From Cirrosporium novae-zelandiae (lineage: Eukaryota), in the NCBI GenBank assembly GCA_026023565.1, contig JAPETS010000028.1, forward strand, positions 372,001 to 436,000: a stretch of DNA of 64,000 bases, given 5' to 3'. Both the position numbers and the translations under genes were made by a program. Within the stretch, counting starts at the first letter, position 1. Every line of letters starts with the position of its first letter. The notes below the pieces were generated by a model that was not told where the DNA came from, did not search any database, and was given only the letters and a program-made list of their open reading frames with translations. This document shows, in pieces, positions 1-12,764 of this stretch.

Positions 1-656
1 CTAAAGAGGTTATTATGTCTGTACGAACTTGAGGAGTTGCGGTTGCAGTAAGAGCGATAATTGGAGTATTAGGGCAATTAACCTTGAACCATGAGAGTTG
101 AGTGTACGCAGGTCGGAAATCATGGCCCCATTCTGATATGCAATGGGCTTCATCCACCGCAATACGTGCTAACTCGTGTTGGTGATAAATGGTCTGAATA
201 TGTTTCCTGAAGTTTTGCGTTTGGCAATATTCAGGAGTGACATAGAGCAGACGAGTAGTTGGATGACCACATCTCAGGTCTGCTGTTATTAAATCACGTT
301 CTGGAATAGAAATATGGCTATTAATAGTTGCCACTGCTATTCCTGCAGCTTTTAGAGCTGTAACTTGATTGTTCTACATCCATTTAGAGCGAATTCAGAA
401 GGTTGATAATGAGACTTACCATCAAAGCTAGAAGAGGGGAGATGACAATGGTAAGGCCATGATCAATAACAGCAGGTAGTTGATAGCACAAAGACTTCCC
501 AAAACCAGTTGCTGCTTGGATGAAGACGTCATGACCTTCGAGAGCAGTACAAATGACTTCTCGCTGCAGCGGTTTGAAATCATTCTTGCCGAATACTTTC
601 CTTAGAGTCCAGTCAAGGTCGATATGAGATGGTTTATTAGCTGGCTGCCTTCTCAT
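1..656 (-). CDS. RecQ-family ATP-dependent DNA helicase, 5' part (runs off the window start); intron 419-374
   Basis: Spliced translation gives FKPLQREVI, ATGFGKSLCYQLPA (motif I), VISPLLALM, RLLYVTPE, VDEAHCISEWGHDFRP (motif II) and ALTATAT (motif III). GTAAGT donor at 419 and TAG acceptor at 374 keep the frame. Confidence 0.93.
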
Positions 657-1227
657 TGAATTGGATCTGTTAAGGGACAACATTCCGAAGAGTCGAGTTG
701 AAGGAAGAATAGGATGCCCAAGGAAAGGATCCAAACTGAAATCGACTCAAAGGTGGAAGACTTGGATGGGAAGCGTGACTTAAAAAGACCACGAGAATTC
801 AAAGTGACCAAGACATGCTACAATTATATCCTTCATGTACTAACGACCTAGATAATATAAAGGCAGCAGCGGACCCTTTAGTGTATTGAAAGCTTCTGCT
901 TCCGTTCATAGATAAAGCAGAGACGTAGATTAGAGTGGTAGCACGATCACTTGATTTTATGACACCTAGAGGGTTTACTACCATAGTAGAAGCATGTCTC
1001 AACAATAATTGTTTTATGGGGTAATCTTCTGGATCTGGTGGTGGGTATTTTGTTGCATTTCACAGGATAGAAGAAGACATTCTACCTGTGATGATGTTCT
1101 GGTGTTTTAATAATGCATCCAATGATATAGGGTGTATATATAAAGCATAACAAGTCTATCCTATAAATGGTTAGACAGATCTATTCCCCAAACTCCGCAA
1201 TTTGATCCGATTTCGCACCAAGCTGCC

Positions 1228-1234
1228 TGACTCA
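1228..1234 (+). promoter_or_regulatory. Gcn4/CpcA (cross-pathway control) site TGACTCA
   Basis: Perfect TGACTCA about 110 bp upstream of the ATG of an amino-acid biosynthesis gene (ILV6). Confidence 0.6.
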
Positions 1235-1339
1235 ATCCAACTGCTTTAAAACTTCTCCTCTTTACTTTTAATATATTTCACCTTCATATTCAGATAATCT
1301 AGTCATTGGGAGGTCTCTACGCTCATATCATCGGCCACA

Positions 1340-2394
1340 ATGGCCCCAGCACGTACTCTCACCGCTGTCACTCTCCGTCGCTTTTCTCTCACCCCGCATA
1401 TCAAAGCTCCCTCGTCCATTCATTCACGATTTACGTCCTCTTCCACCTCTGCTCTAGCTTATAAAGCTCTACATCGGCATCCTAAGCACCCACATCACCA
1501 ATCTCCATCTCCCCCCTCATGGTCTGCTCCGGCTGCTGTGTCCTCGATTCTCTACGAGACCCCATTACCATCCTCCGCACCGCCAAAACGACATATACTC
1601 AATTGTCTCGTTCAAAATGAACCCGGTGTTTTATCCCGTGTGTCCGGGATTCTAGCCGCTCGTGGTTTCAACATTGACAGTCTTGTCGTCTGTAATACCG
1701 AGGTAGAAGATCTCTCAAGGATGACAATCGTGTTATCAGGCCAAGACGGAGTGGTAGAGCAGGCTCGTCGTCAATTGGAAGATCTAGTTCCTGTATGGGC
1801 CGTCCTAGACTATACTGCAGCTCCATTGGTTCAAAGAGAACTCCTCCTAGCCAAAGTCTCTATCCTTGGACCTGAATATTTCGAGGAACTGCTGAGACAT
1901 CATCGAGAAATCGTGGCGGACCCCGAGCGCCCTATGGCCGAATTGCCTTCTGCCGAGACCATCGTACTAGGGACTGAGCAGGTGCCGAGCGAACAATACT
2001 CCACCGCAGTGCAGCAAAAGGATTATCATCCCTCACATCTTGCCCCGAGTGAAGCCCTCCGCCAAAAACATGAACACCTCGAGGCAATTACACACCTAAC
2101 ACACCAGTTTGGAGGAAAGGTTCTAGATATCTCTACAAACAACTGCATTGTAGAAGTGTATGTTATAAAACCACTTCTCCAAAATCCTTTCAGGACTTAT
2201 CTAACAGAATTATCAGATCTGCAAAGCCCACCCGAATTGACTCATTCATGAAGCTCCTAGCCCCCTTTGGCGTTTTGGAATCTTCTCGAACTGGTCTGAT
2301 GGCCCTGCCTCGAAGTCCGTTGTATGGACCCTATGAGGAGGCAGAGAAGGAGGCCGGAGACCTTGTCGACGCTAGTACCCTGCCTCCTGGTTAA
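1340..2394 (+). CDS. ILV6: Acetolactate synthase small (regulatory) subunit, mitochondrial; intron 2158-2216
   Basis: ACT domain HILNCLVQNEPGVLSRVSGILAARGFNIDSLVV; spliced C-terminus SAKPTRIDSF...RTGLMALPRSP...LPPG*; Arg/Ser-rich presequence. Confidence 0.96.
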
Positions 2395-3024
2395 TATGTA
2401 CCACGGTATATATATATAGGAGATAAGGTGAGGGAGGCGTGTATATGAGATACAAGTTTGTCCCCGGAATGTACTATACAAACCACGGTGCAGGATAGTC
2501 GAGGGAAGGCAGGGGGAAATTGGCCTTTTCCCCCTCGAATTTTGCTGGAGTTGTTTCGTTCGATGCTTTTTTAGATATCAATGGAAAAGTACACGATATG
2601 CAGTTCAAAGGCCAAGTCGGCTTTCCATTAATATTAACGAAAGATCTACTAAGTGTGCCGTCGTTTGTCAGAAAAATTCCTAGTAGATCTAACTATCCTC
2701 TTTAACCATATTCTTTACACACGAGAACTTATCTTTCCAACAACTTTGGATACATAAAGATGATGGTGTTAAGTTACCGCTTGTAATTCTTAGAAATATA
2801 TCTACCTAACGGCCTTTGAACATTGCTGATATTTCATTTCATGCCTTTTTTCTATTGTAAAGCACGTAGAAGCTTCCTGGCTTATCATAAGCCGCCTCCT
2901 GGTGGATTCATCCACAATACCATAACTCCCCAAGTCATTTCAAAGCATTACATGCGTAAATCATCAACTGGACCAAGGAATCAAGAAAGTCTCATCTAAA
3001 CGGACACTTTCAAGTCTATTTCCT

Positions 3025-4507
3025 TCATGGCCAATCCCCATCCACCGACCTCCCAGTCGTACTAGGTATACTCATCCCACCGAATCCCAAGGGTATCCCA
3101 GATCCTAGAGTAGCGCCCCCGTTTACCGCGGATATTTCTTCTGTCCCTTGCTTCCTTCTTCTCCCGTTTTCCATAAGGGCAAATTTCTTGCCGGTATCCC
3201 TCGCCGCATTGACGCTTGTTCCTAAGCCGGCTAGCGCCTCTATTAGTTTGACGTCGTTTTCCTGCTTTTGAGCTTCGCTTTGGAATTCTGCGGGGGATGG
3301 GGGATTGAGGAGGGATAGGCGTGTTAGGAGTGCGGATATGTGGCGGAGGAGGGGTTGGGAGATTCCTGGGTCTGGGGAAGTGGGATCTAGAGAAGGGGGT
3401 ATGAGGGTGGGGTCTCCGGTGGTGAGGTAGGAAGGGGGGAGGGCGGAGAGGTAGGCGTGGAGGAGGGTGATCCGAGAAGAGAGAATGTTGGTGGCATTGA
3501 GGCGTGTTGTTAGGGTAGATATTTCTATCGTTAGTTGTTAGCATTCACCAACTAACTTATGTCAACAGAGGTCGCTCACGATCTTCTTCCTCTGGCGTCA
3601 GTATATCAATATTCGAGGCGCCATTAATAGATTCTTCTTTAGGCGACGCCCTTCCTTTGCCTTTATTATTATCGTCATTCCCGATGGCTTGACCTGTCGT
3701 CGCTGGAGTAGAATTTGGGACCGCAGTCGCATTCCCCCCACCTCTCGCCACGAAATCCACTGCAATCATCTCGGCCTCTCCTGTTTCTATCGAATAAGGC
3801 AATTCCCTAAACTTCAGTAGCAGTCTGTCTTCCTCCTCTGTCTCTTCTGAGTCCACTTGCATGGCTTCACCAGTAGCTTCATTGCTAATGTCATTCTCGT
3901 AAACGCTCTCGTAAATAGTTAGAGGAAGTTTGCCTCCGGGGACAGTGGAGTCGGTTGTAGCAAGGGTAGGGTGGAAGGCCAGAAATATGGCAGATTCGAA
4001 ATATTTTTTGAGGATCTGGTTATGGATGGGGAGGTGGTAGGGCTGAGGGCCGTTGGAGGGGGATTGCGAGAACCAGCCTACAAATTCGAGGGCGGGGTCT
4101 TTATGAACATCCTTATCTATAAGATAACATGAGTTAGTATGAATATTCCTTGATAAAAGGAGTAAGCGGCTTGTGAAAGAGCTGTAGCTGTAGCTATCTA
4201 GCTCTGGTGCTATTCATCTTGGTCGTGACCGCATACACTGTTGCAACCGGCTTAGAAAGAATCCCTCATCCAACATCGGCTCTCCATCCTTTCCCTTCTC
4301 TATGGTACACTCAAAAGCATGTTCTAGCGTGAGTTCGCGACCCTTCTGCTGGCCGAGGAGAGCTCCCACAATAGGTCCATCTTGGTTACGAATATGAAAG
4401 CGGGTGATATAATCGGAAACGGTGAGGAGGACTAATGGGTGAAGTAAAACTTGGACATTTTCTGAAGATTTGTGGGTCGATATTAGCGGATTTTCAGTCT
4501 CGGCCAT
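3025..4507 (-). CDS. CSN6: COP9 signalosome subunit 6 (MPN-minus domain); 2 introns (~4236-4118, ~3581-3527)
   Basis: LHPLVLLTVSDYITR, GALLGQQKGRELTLEHAFE, YKDVHKDPALEFVGWF and LPYSIETGEAEMIAVDFVARGGGNA; last exon ends in TGA at 3027-3025. Confidence 0.9.
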
Positions 4508-4872
4508 GGTACTTGTGTGAGAGTTAAACGTGTGAAGTTGAAGAGTTGGATTCTGCAAGTTGAGGTGCATACATTGTTGTGGCCATGACGAAGTCTAGCT
4601 AACTACAATCTAGCAGAACAACAAAAACGGCAAACAACCACGATAAAGTAGTAACGATAAAGCAATAGGCAAGGAATTTGTGATATATGCATGAATTATT
4701 CTATGTTTGAATTTACAACATAATGTATTTTACGTATCCTCAAATATAGTCTTGAATCTAGTAACACCAACAATTTGAAAATACTCTGATCGAAAGGGGT
4801 CCCTAATGACCACCAAGTATCAGTTCTAAAGGTTTTGTTCTTAGTCATTTTAATTTCATACAATTATCATGA

Positions 4873-6838
4873 TCATAGCTCCAACGTCCCCACGTTCCCA
4901 CCTACACCCGCATTAGAACTCCAAGGTCCCTGAGTTAACCTCTGCTTTATGGCGTCGACAATAGGTCCAAGCTCTTGGCCTGCAATATTCGGAGCATCCT
5001 TAAGTTTGTGGTACAGTGAAACCAGTGTATCGAATTTCTGCGAAGCAATTTGCCATGCTGCACTTTCCACGTCACCTCGTCCGCCTCCAACAAGGTTACT
5101 AAATGTTTGCGGCGGTTTCATGAGGAACGGAAGAACAGACTCCAGAGCAGGTGGGCTTAAAATAGCTACTACACCGGATGGAGCAATTCCAGTATTGGGG
5201 ATCGCGAAGTTGGCCAGCTCTTCTTCTGTCGGGAGTGGAAACCGACCTGAAGAGCCCTGCGGAAGTTCAGCCCAGTTAGCGGTGATGACAGCTCTGATCA
5301 ACGATATCGCTGCTAATGCAGTGTCTTTCAATGCGACTGTATCCGCGCTTGCCACAACATCTTTCCAAAAATCAGGATTCCGTTTCAGATAAGCATAATA
5401 TAAGGCCTTTGCGGCTGATGCCTCAGGTGTGAGACTTGTGGAGCCCTCTGAGTCTTGACCTAAATTGTCAGGTCCATGGAAGATAGTTCCTAGTGTAAGA
5501 TAAGCATCGGCATTAGGTGGTCGGCTCGGTAGCTTGAAAAGCAGATTCATAGATACATTTCGAGAGGGCCAAAGAACGGCTCTTGGTAGAGAAGAAATAA
5601 GATGTAGCATATGTTTTGGAATTTGGCCATGTGCCCACTGCCCTGATGATAGGGTAAGACTATAAGAAAGCCGAGACAGTGTTTTAGAAACATCCGAGCT
5701 CTCCAGGACATGATTGGGATAACATGAAGAATACATAGCCAGGTATTTCACGGCAGAACTTCCTAGGAACTCGACCTCGAGGGAATCGTGCTTATCTGGT
5801 TCTAGAATAATGGAAATGGCACGATCATGCAATCCGTTCGATATCAAAAAATCCAGGGATGGAGAAGAAGCTTTAAGGGGTATAAGATGGTGCTGCTGTG
5901 ATGATTCGGGCAGACTATCATCGATTGAGAATAAGCCAACGAGCTTCGTAAAGAAGTCGAGGAGCGTTATCTGCATGAGAATGTCATCAGAGTCGACCAT
6001 GCTTGCAGCAGCAAAATATAGAAGGCCACTGCCACTAGGAAGACCGTAATGAGACTCGACCTCCGGAAATTGTGAGTGGAATATCATCTCCCAGTCGATT
6101 TTTCCCAACCTTGGGAGAAGATCCATCAACCGTGCCTGAGCTAAAGATTTCTCCTGCTTTCCTAGCTGTCCTTCTTGTCCAACCGTTTTCAGGCTGCATA
6201 TTGAATATATAGAACTATAAATCTCCTTGTCCTTGAAAATCCGTCGCCACATAAGTCTTTGGCTGCTCTCGATGTTTGCCTTTTGCGAACCTAAAGCGTT
6301 AGACCGATGGTCTACTTCTAGAAAAGTCCAGATGACTTCAAGTGCTGTTTGAGCCACATAGGTAAACGGGGTGCGCAGCCATAATTGAATGAGAGCCACT
6401 ACGACATCTGCCTTGTTTGCGACAATTGCAATATCACTAGGATTCAACGTAGCCTTTTTGAGGAGAGAGAGTATCACGAGATTGATTGGTTGAGTGGCTA
6501 TAGTGAGACCCGCAACGAAGTCGAGTGGGGGTTGAATGCTAAGAACATCTTTGAAGGTGAAACTTGGCACATTTGTAAGCTTGATCGCTAGGTTTGTCAA
6601 GGGGGTCGGATCTTGTTGAAGGAAGAGGATAAGTTTTGATATCTTGTTGAGGAAAGTGTCGATTATATGGCGATCGGTCTGATCTATATATTAGTTAGAT
6701 ATTGTTCTTTGCGCATGTTAAGGAAACAATACCAGTAATTTGGGTAGCAAAGATATCCAAGAGCTTAGTGTCAATTTTGAGGGAGGGGTCAGCTTCCAGA
6801 GCACCAAGATGCGTCTGAACCTCCTCAAAGATTGACAT
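4873..6838 (-). CDS. HSM3: Hsm3/PSMD5(S5b)-like ARM-repeat proteasome assembly chaperone; intron ~6732-6684
   Basis: 575-aa ORF plus upstream exon MSIFEEVQTHL; motifs LMWRRIFKDKEIY and KSLAQARLMDLLP resemble fungal Hsm3 N-terminal-domain proteins. Confidence 0.65.
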
Positions 6839-7251
6839 TTTCCCTTAATATTGAATCAAAATATATGTTTTGTTCGCAGTCAGTAATCAGGAAATTAGCA
6901 TTAATACTATTATGTACTCGAGTAGAGGTGGTCTTAGGCAAGAAAATGGGTACGTAATTTAGAGTTTGACGTACCCCAGATTTCGCATCTGAAAAGCCGA
7001 AGGCGGTGACGTCCTTAGCTTCAAGGCAGAAATTTGTGCCCCACCAGACTATGAACAACCGCTGATTGAACTTACTCAAAGGTTTACCAGTCATCCTAAT
7101 CTAACACCTTCTGAGCTTTCTTTTTGCATATTTCACATCCCTTGTCCATTATGCATGACAGCGATTTATTATTGAAACTACTACCTTTCTTATACAATAT
7201 TATTGTCGTTTTTCGGTAGCAAGCAGCATTGATCTAATCTCGGGCTGAAGG

Positions 7252-8068
7252 ATGTCACGCGGGGGTAGAGGGGGTTTTGGAGGAAGAGGCGGTCGAGGCA
7301 AAGGTCCTCCGGGCTTAGACGTTCCATTTGATACTGATCTCCATATTGACTCGGCTCCATCACCCCTGTTTCCAGTAAGTGCAATGTCTTCCTCAAATTG
7401 AAATTGATACTAAACTGGTCCTAGCAACGGGACATCCACCCACCAAACCCCCCTTCCAAACTCGAGAAACTACAAATATCTAATTACCGCTCCTGGAGAG
7501 CGAAAATACATGAAGGGCCTTTCTACACCGTGCTTGGTGAAAACTTCCGGGTCCAGAAATCTCGAAGCGCAAAACCTGCCACTTTCGATCCCTTTGAGGG
7601 GATGCCTACTTATACAGTAAGATATAAGAAGAAAAGGAGAACTCTACCACGGTTGAGTGCCCGAAACTATGGTATGGACTGACTTCTTCTCTGTATCGAT
7701 TGGGACAAATCCTGATGCTATCTACAGTAATGGAGTTTTTCCCTGAAGAACTACTTTCGACACTCGACCCAAAATACCATCTTTCCGATCAAAACGGAAA
7801 TCAAAATGGTATCAGCAATCACACAGCTAAGACTAAGAAAGAAAAGAACCCCCTTTTTTTTGGAGAGGATGAAGACGAAGCGAGTCCCGAAGATGAGCAA
7901 GAGGACGAGCAAGGGGACAACGAGGAGATGGTCGAGAACGACTTTGAGGAAGACGAAGATGATATGGCGGATGACTATAATGCTGAACAATACTTCGATG
8001 GAGGTGAAGACGCTGGAGACGATTTTGATGGAGGAGGAGGAGGAGGAGATGACGAGGCCACTTATTAG
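7252..8068 (+). CDS. RPC31: RNA polymerase III subunit Rpc31 (RPC7); introns ~7375-7424 and ~7672-7728
   Basis: N-terminal RGG repeats, PSPLFP, HEGPFYT, DPFEGMPTY, FFPEEL and an acidic tail with DDYNAEQYFDGGED. Confidence 0.9.
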
Positions 8069-8728
8069 ATTGGCCATTGATACCCCTGTGCAAAGTTCAA
8101 GAATACATATATTTCTATCTATTCACTATAGGTGTATCCAACTATTCTTTCTTTCAATGCTCTACCAATTATATTGCACAACCTCCCCCCTTTATTCATT
8201 TCCTCAGCCCCCTTTCCCCTTCATATTTTCTCTAAATTCAACGTGATTTACTCAGAGGACCAGAAAATTAGGGACTAGGGGCTTAAATAGGGATTTAGAG
8301 AGGTTTATAAAGGAATATTTCATCAACGTGAGTACACTACCTACGACTAATTACTAACGCTTAGTAGGAATCTCTAGACTTGACATGAAAGACAGCTCCT
8401 CATTTTGCTTGACAGTCTCTAGAGGTAAGGAAGATCTGTATTCCAGAGCAAACACATAGTATGATTGACACGGATTTCTATTCCCTGGAAAGAGTGGTGT
8501 TTTCCCAGGCATGTAATATGTCATTTTGTTTCTTTAATATCCCTTAGAGGAGAGTCCTTTATCTATCCTTGAGTGTATTTAACCCAATATTTATAACTAC
8601 CAGTGACTCTACAGCTGGTAGGATGGTGAAGGTCTATCCTTCATTTATTTCTCTAATATCTGCGATTTCCGATCCCTGCCCTGTTCTGTGGATCCCAGTA
8701 TCTATATGATGATATGCCTCTTCAGAGC

Positions 8729-9455
8729 TCAAAGCTTAAGAGGTTGCCGGACAGCGGTTTTGAACTCGTCTCTAGTCAGCAAAGTATTCGATATTAACCA
8801 AGGCACAACTTACGGGAACAATCTTGATCTTCCAAACACGGCGATCATCATGTCAGTATCTTCTTATCTCTAATTCCTAGCGGCTTGTTGCAATTTCATA
8901 CCTTTTCTTTATCCCAAATCCCCTCTCGATAATATATATCTTTCGAAATCTGTTCCAGCGCATCTTCCTTCGATGTCGCAGAGACCAACATGGCGCTCCC
9001 GTTAATTTTCAAGCTAGTGCCCTCTTTAGGAACCTCGTCGAGCATTGCACCTATATGAGCATTATCCCTAAAGTTAGCCACGTATCAATAGAATATGACG
9101 TTGCGAAACAAAAGTGGCTCAGGTACCTCCGAAGGTAAGGAATCCGCCATCCACATTGGGTTTCGTTCCGGATAAATGCTCCCTATGAACGGGATCAGCT
9201 TCATTACTCATTGAATATTTGGAGAGGGACAACATACTCCCTAACGGACATTCTTTTCTCCAAAACACCAGGGTAATCGGGGAGGATGACGAGGAAGTCA
9301 TATTTTGGTGGGGTAATGGAAGAAGACATTCTGGAGAATTGCAGATGCGCTCTTGAGGTATTGGATGGATTCTTCCTCGGAGAGAACTTGGTGAATCTAA
9401 AGGCTTTGAGTGAAGAATATTGAGCGTTTGGGAGAAGCTTTTTGAAGCCCTGCAT
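8729..9455 (-). CDS. YCII-related dimeric alpha/beta-barrel protein; 4 introns; possible mitochondrial presequence
   Basis: Spliced YDFLVILPDYPGVLEKRMSVR-EEHL...GG-AMLDE...INGSAMLV...DIYYREGIWDKEK-IKIVP-FKTAVR matches the YciI pattern (R..HL, GS, D.Y...G.W). Confidence 0.88.
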
Positions 9456-9765
9456 GTCTAATGGCTACATTTTGATAGATGTTTATCATGCCGCTCGATA
9501 CGAAGGGCGTGGGTTGGTGCTACCGTGAGTGGGGTGAAGGGCTTTCGGCCTGGGATTCTCCGGCAGTAGTCGATTAGTGTGGGGGTATCATGTAACTACA
9601 TCTCATACACCAACCTATTGTTGTTTACAAGTAATTAATTTCTTCTTGCAGGTATTTTGCTAAATTGCTCACTTAACAGGGTGTCCTTTGTATAGCACAG
9701 CACAATATGATATTCAAAATATGTTTTAAGTTTGACCAAGGTCAGTATCTCATGTAAGTGTATCA

Positions 9766-9783
9766 TACCTAGGTACCTAGGTA
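9766..9783. repeat. 18-bp perfect palindrome TACCTAGGTACCTAGGTA
   Basis: Reads the same on both strands; intergenic. Confidence 0.8.
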
Positions 9784-10781
9784 GTCACCTTCTCCTATAT
9801 TACGGATGTGATTGACTAAGCTCGTTTCATTTCAATATAGCAAAGGTAATAGTGAAACTATTGTTATGTGCCTAGGTAGGTATTTTGTCGTTGAGAGACT
9901 ATGATGTGCAAGTTCTCAAGCCTCATTCTACCCTCCTATGACCCTAAGCTAGTTAGTGAGATGAGAGTCTACGTTCATGTTAGAACCTATCCTGTCGGTG
10001 CATCGTCTCTATTACAAGTCGCGAGTGTTTAATAAACCATTTCATTTTCTGGAAATAGGATTTTTCCTTCATTAGGTTTTCTGGGGGTCGACCCTCTGGA
10101 TTCGAAACGGATATCTAATGCAATATTTTCGGGAAGTCTTTCTTTAAATTGAGTTATCGAGTCCTTGGTTGATTCTTTTTCATTTATACGCAAGTCCCCT
10201 ACAAGTATAGCTATACCCATTTTGCCTGGAGATTTCATCAATATACATTAATGACCACTGACATTTTCGACACTCGCTAGTAGCCTAGTCGCTTGGGTAT
10301 CTGAAAGGATTGAATGCCAGAGAAGTAGGGTGAAGAAAATATGCGAAATTTCCCCTGAAATAGTAAAATACATATAGATCTAATCTTGAAATCTGAATAT
10401 TTAGTTTGCAATAGACTTCGATTCCTGGTGACGATAGCAGAAACTGAAGCAAGACAACTAGATATTTGAAAAGGGTCAAAGGCTGCAGACGACAAGACTA
10501 AGGGAGTAAGTATGAGGACAAAGAGATAAATTATTAGCCTTCAGGCTATTTTATAACATTCTCGACTGCTGTGCAGTTATTGAAGGCTCTCCGTCTGACT
10601 CCCGAGATCGTTATTAAACCAACCAGGCCTCAATTGAATTAACCTCTTAGTTATATTTTATATATTGCTAAGCTTCAAAAGATATCTCTCTCCCTTTCCT
10701 GGTATCTCAATCGTCTATCATCAATTACGCCTCTTCACACCATCAGCTCTACGACGTTTACCAAGTTTCTAGGCCACTACA

Positions 10782-12125
10782 ATGGCAATTCTCAAGCATA
10801 TCAAAGCCGAGATCCTTGTCAATGGGAAGCCAATTAAAGAATACTCTGATGCTACTGTTGATAATAATGCTGGATCCTCGTCGGATAGGGTAACACGTTA
10901 TATTGAAGCACAATCAGGAGCCACCTTTGAGATCAAAGTTCTGGTATTGCCACCATTGCATAAGAAAGCGATAGTGTTTTGATGTCTTTTATCGTATCGA
11001 TGCTCATGACCTGGGGGAAGTAGTGATCAACAAGGAATATAGAGACAGACAAAAGAGAGGCTTGGTGGGAATGATCTCAGGATACTTCAATAGGGAAGAT
11101 GACAAATGGACGGTGGAGAGGTTCAAGTTTATTGAAACAACAATATCTGATGAAGTTCCACCAAAGGAGCAGCTTGAACGTCTTAAATCTAGGGCTTTAA
11201 AAATAGGTTCCATCAAAGTCCAAGTCTGGCGGGGACGTTATAAAAGAGGCCATGGAGATCATGAGGAGTCCGGTATCGAGACGGATTCTAGTTGTGATAT
11301 GGATTTCGAAGAATATGGAGATCTCATAGAACAAGACATGAAAGCTTTGCCAGAGAGCACAGTCAAAGGTCAGGAAGTTACGCACCAGACAAGGTATGAT
11401 GATATTCCAGATCATTATACAGATTATTCTGATCTAGTACAATTTAGAATTGGCCCCCCAGAACCCATTGGCAAATTTAAACCTAGGCCAATTCTCAGAG
11501 TTGGAAAACGCCCTCTCGCAACCTTTGTCTTCAAATACCGTTCTTTAGGTCAGTAAGAGAAAGCATATTCTTATATTCCCTGCTGCCTCGTTTGTCAGGA
11601 GATAAAAAGTCGATTCAGATTTAACACTTATTTCTTTTTAAATGTCTGCCCCACGAGAACCAGTTGAAATACACTAATTACGAAACCGATCAACGTCTTG
11701 GGTGCTTAGGCATATAATACTGGTCAAATACTAATAGCCTAGAAAATACAGAAGCTCTGAAAAAACTTGGCATCATCCCCAGAACTCCTGCCCCACTACC
11801 CCTCGAGGAACGTCCGATCGAAGAGTTGTCGCGCAACGAACTTCATGAACTCGTGAGTAGGCAGAAGGTAAACATTTAAATTTAGAGATGGTATCTGGAG
11901 CATTATTAACATCTATAGTAGACGCAATTACAAGAACAAGAAACCCGTGTCAAACGTGAGAGGGCCGAGGACAACACCATAGCTATAGAGCGTCCAAGAA
12001 AAACCATCAAGCAAGAAGGTGTTAAAGGAAGTGCATCCCATTTCAGCGACGAGGTGGAGCTTCTTAGCAGTCAACCTATGGGTAAATCCAACCCCTGCAC
12101 TGGAGCGGCCATATACCTTGACTAA
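10782..12125 (+). pseudogene. Fungal conserved hypothetical protein (DUF7918-like), reading frame broken at ~10977-10982
   Basis: MAILKHIKAEILVNGKPIKEY, TRYIEAQSGATF, IGSIKVQVWR, ATFVFKYRS and ALKKLGIIPRTP form a recognisable fungal family pattern. Frame 1 stops at TGA 10980-10982 and the +1 frame continues FDVFYRIDAHDLG. Confidence 0.6.
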
Positions 12126-12764
12126 ATTTCGAGGTTTGGTCCAGCTGGCCTTCAAGTGCTTTCTGGTAGATTGTGGGGTTCCTAGGCCCATGTTTTTTTT
12201 TCCTTTTTTTTCAATTAGACAGTTCAGGATTTCTTTGGAACTGCAACTTCTTCAGCTTTTTCTTATGGTCCTATGCTAGGGTTTGGGTTGACTCTTAAAC
12301 ATATAGAGCTCTATAACGCTGAAACATAGTCTCCATTCTTAAAGAAGAGAAGTACTTCCAGCTTCTAGGCTACATATTAATACATTATTTACTAGTTTTC
12401 TCCAGTCTTGCAGGAGCACTTATCAATGACTAGCTTTTAGGATTATCAGGAAGATTTTTCCACGAGCAATCTATAGCCAAGAGAACATACGACGAAGGTC
12501 ATTCCAGGCTCCGGGAAAAGGGTATTAGCATATTAGAAATCTTGTCTTGTATGGAATTTTGAGAAAAGTGATCTTAACAGCACCAGGATGCATCTTATAA
12601 TAGGGTTAAGACCAAGCTAGCCAATTATTGGTACAATCGTATATGGAGTTCATAATGGGCATGAGGGATAAAGGTTATTCTATACACACGTCAAACAGTA
12701 CCTCCAACTGCCGGTCCACATAATCAAGTAGACGACTAACTGTAATATGTGATAGCCTAAAAGC

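Noticed and set aside
3025..6838. Ubiquitin-proteasome cluster (CSN6, HSM3, plus STS1 and the BTB genes) under Rpn4 control
   Set aside because: I found no full GGTGGCAAA element, only a partial GGTGGCAG near 33579; the genes are spread among unrelated ones.
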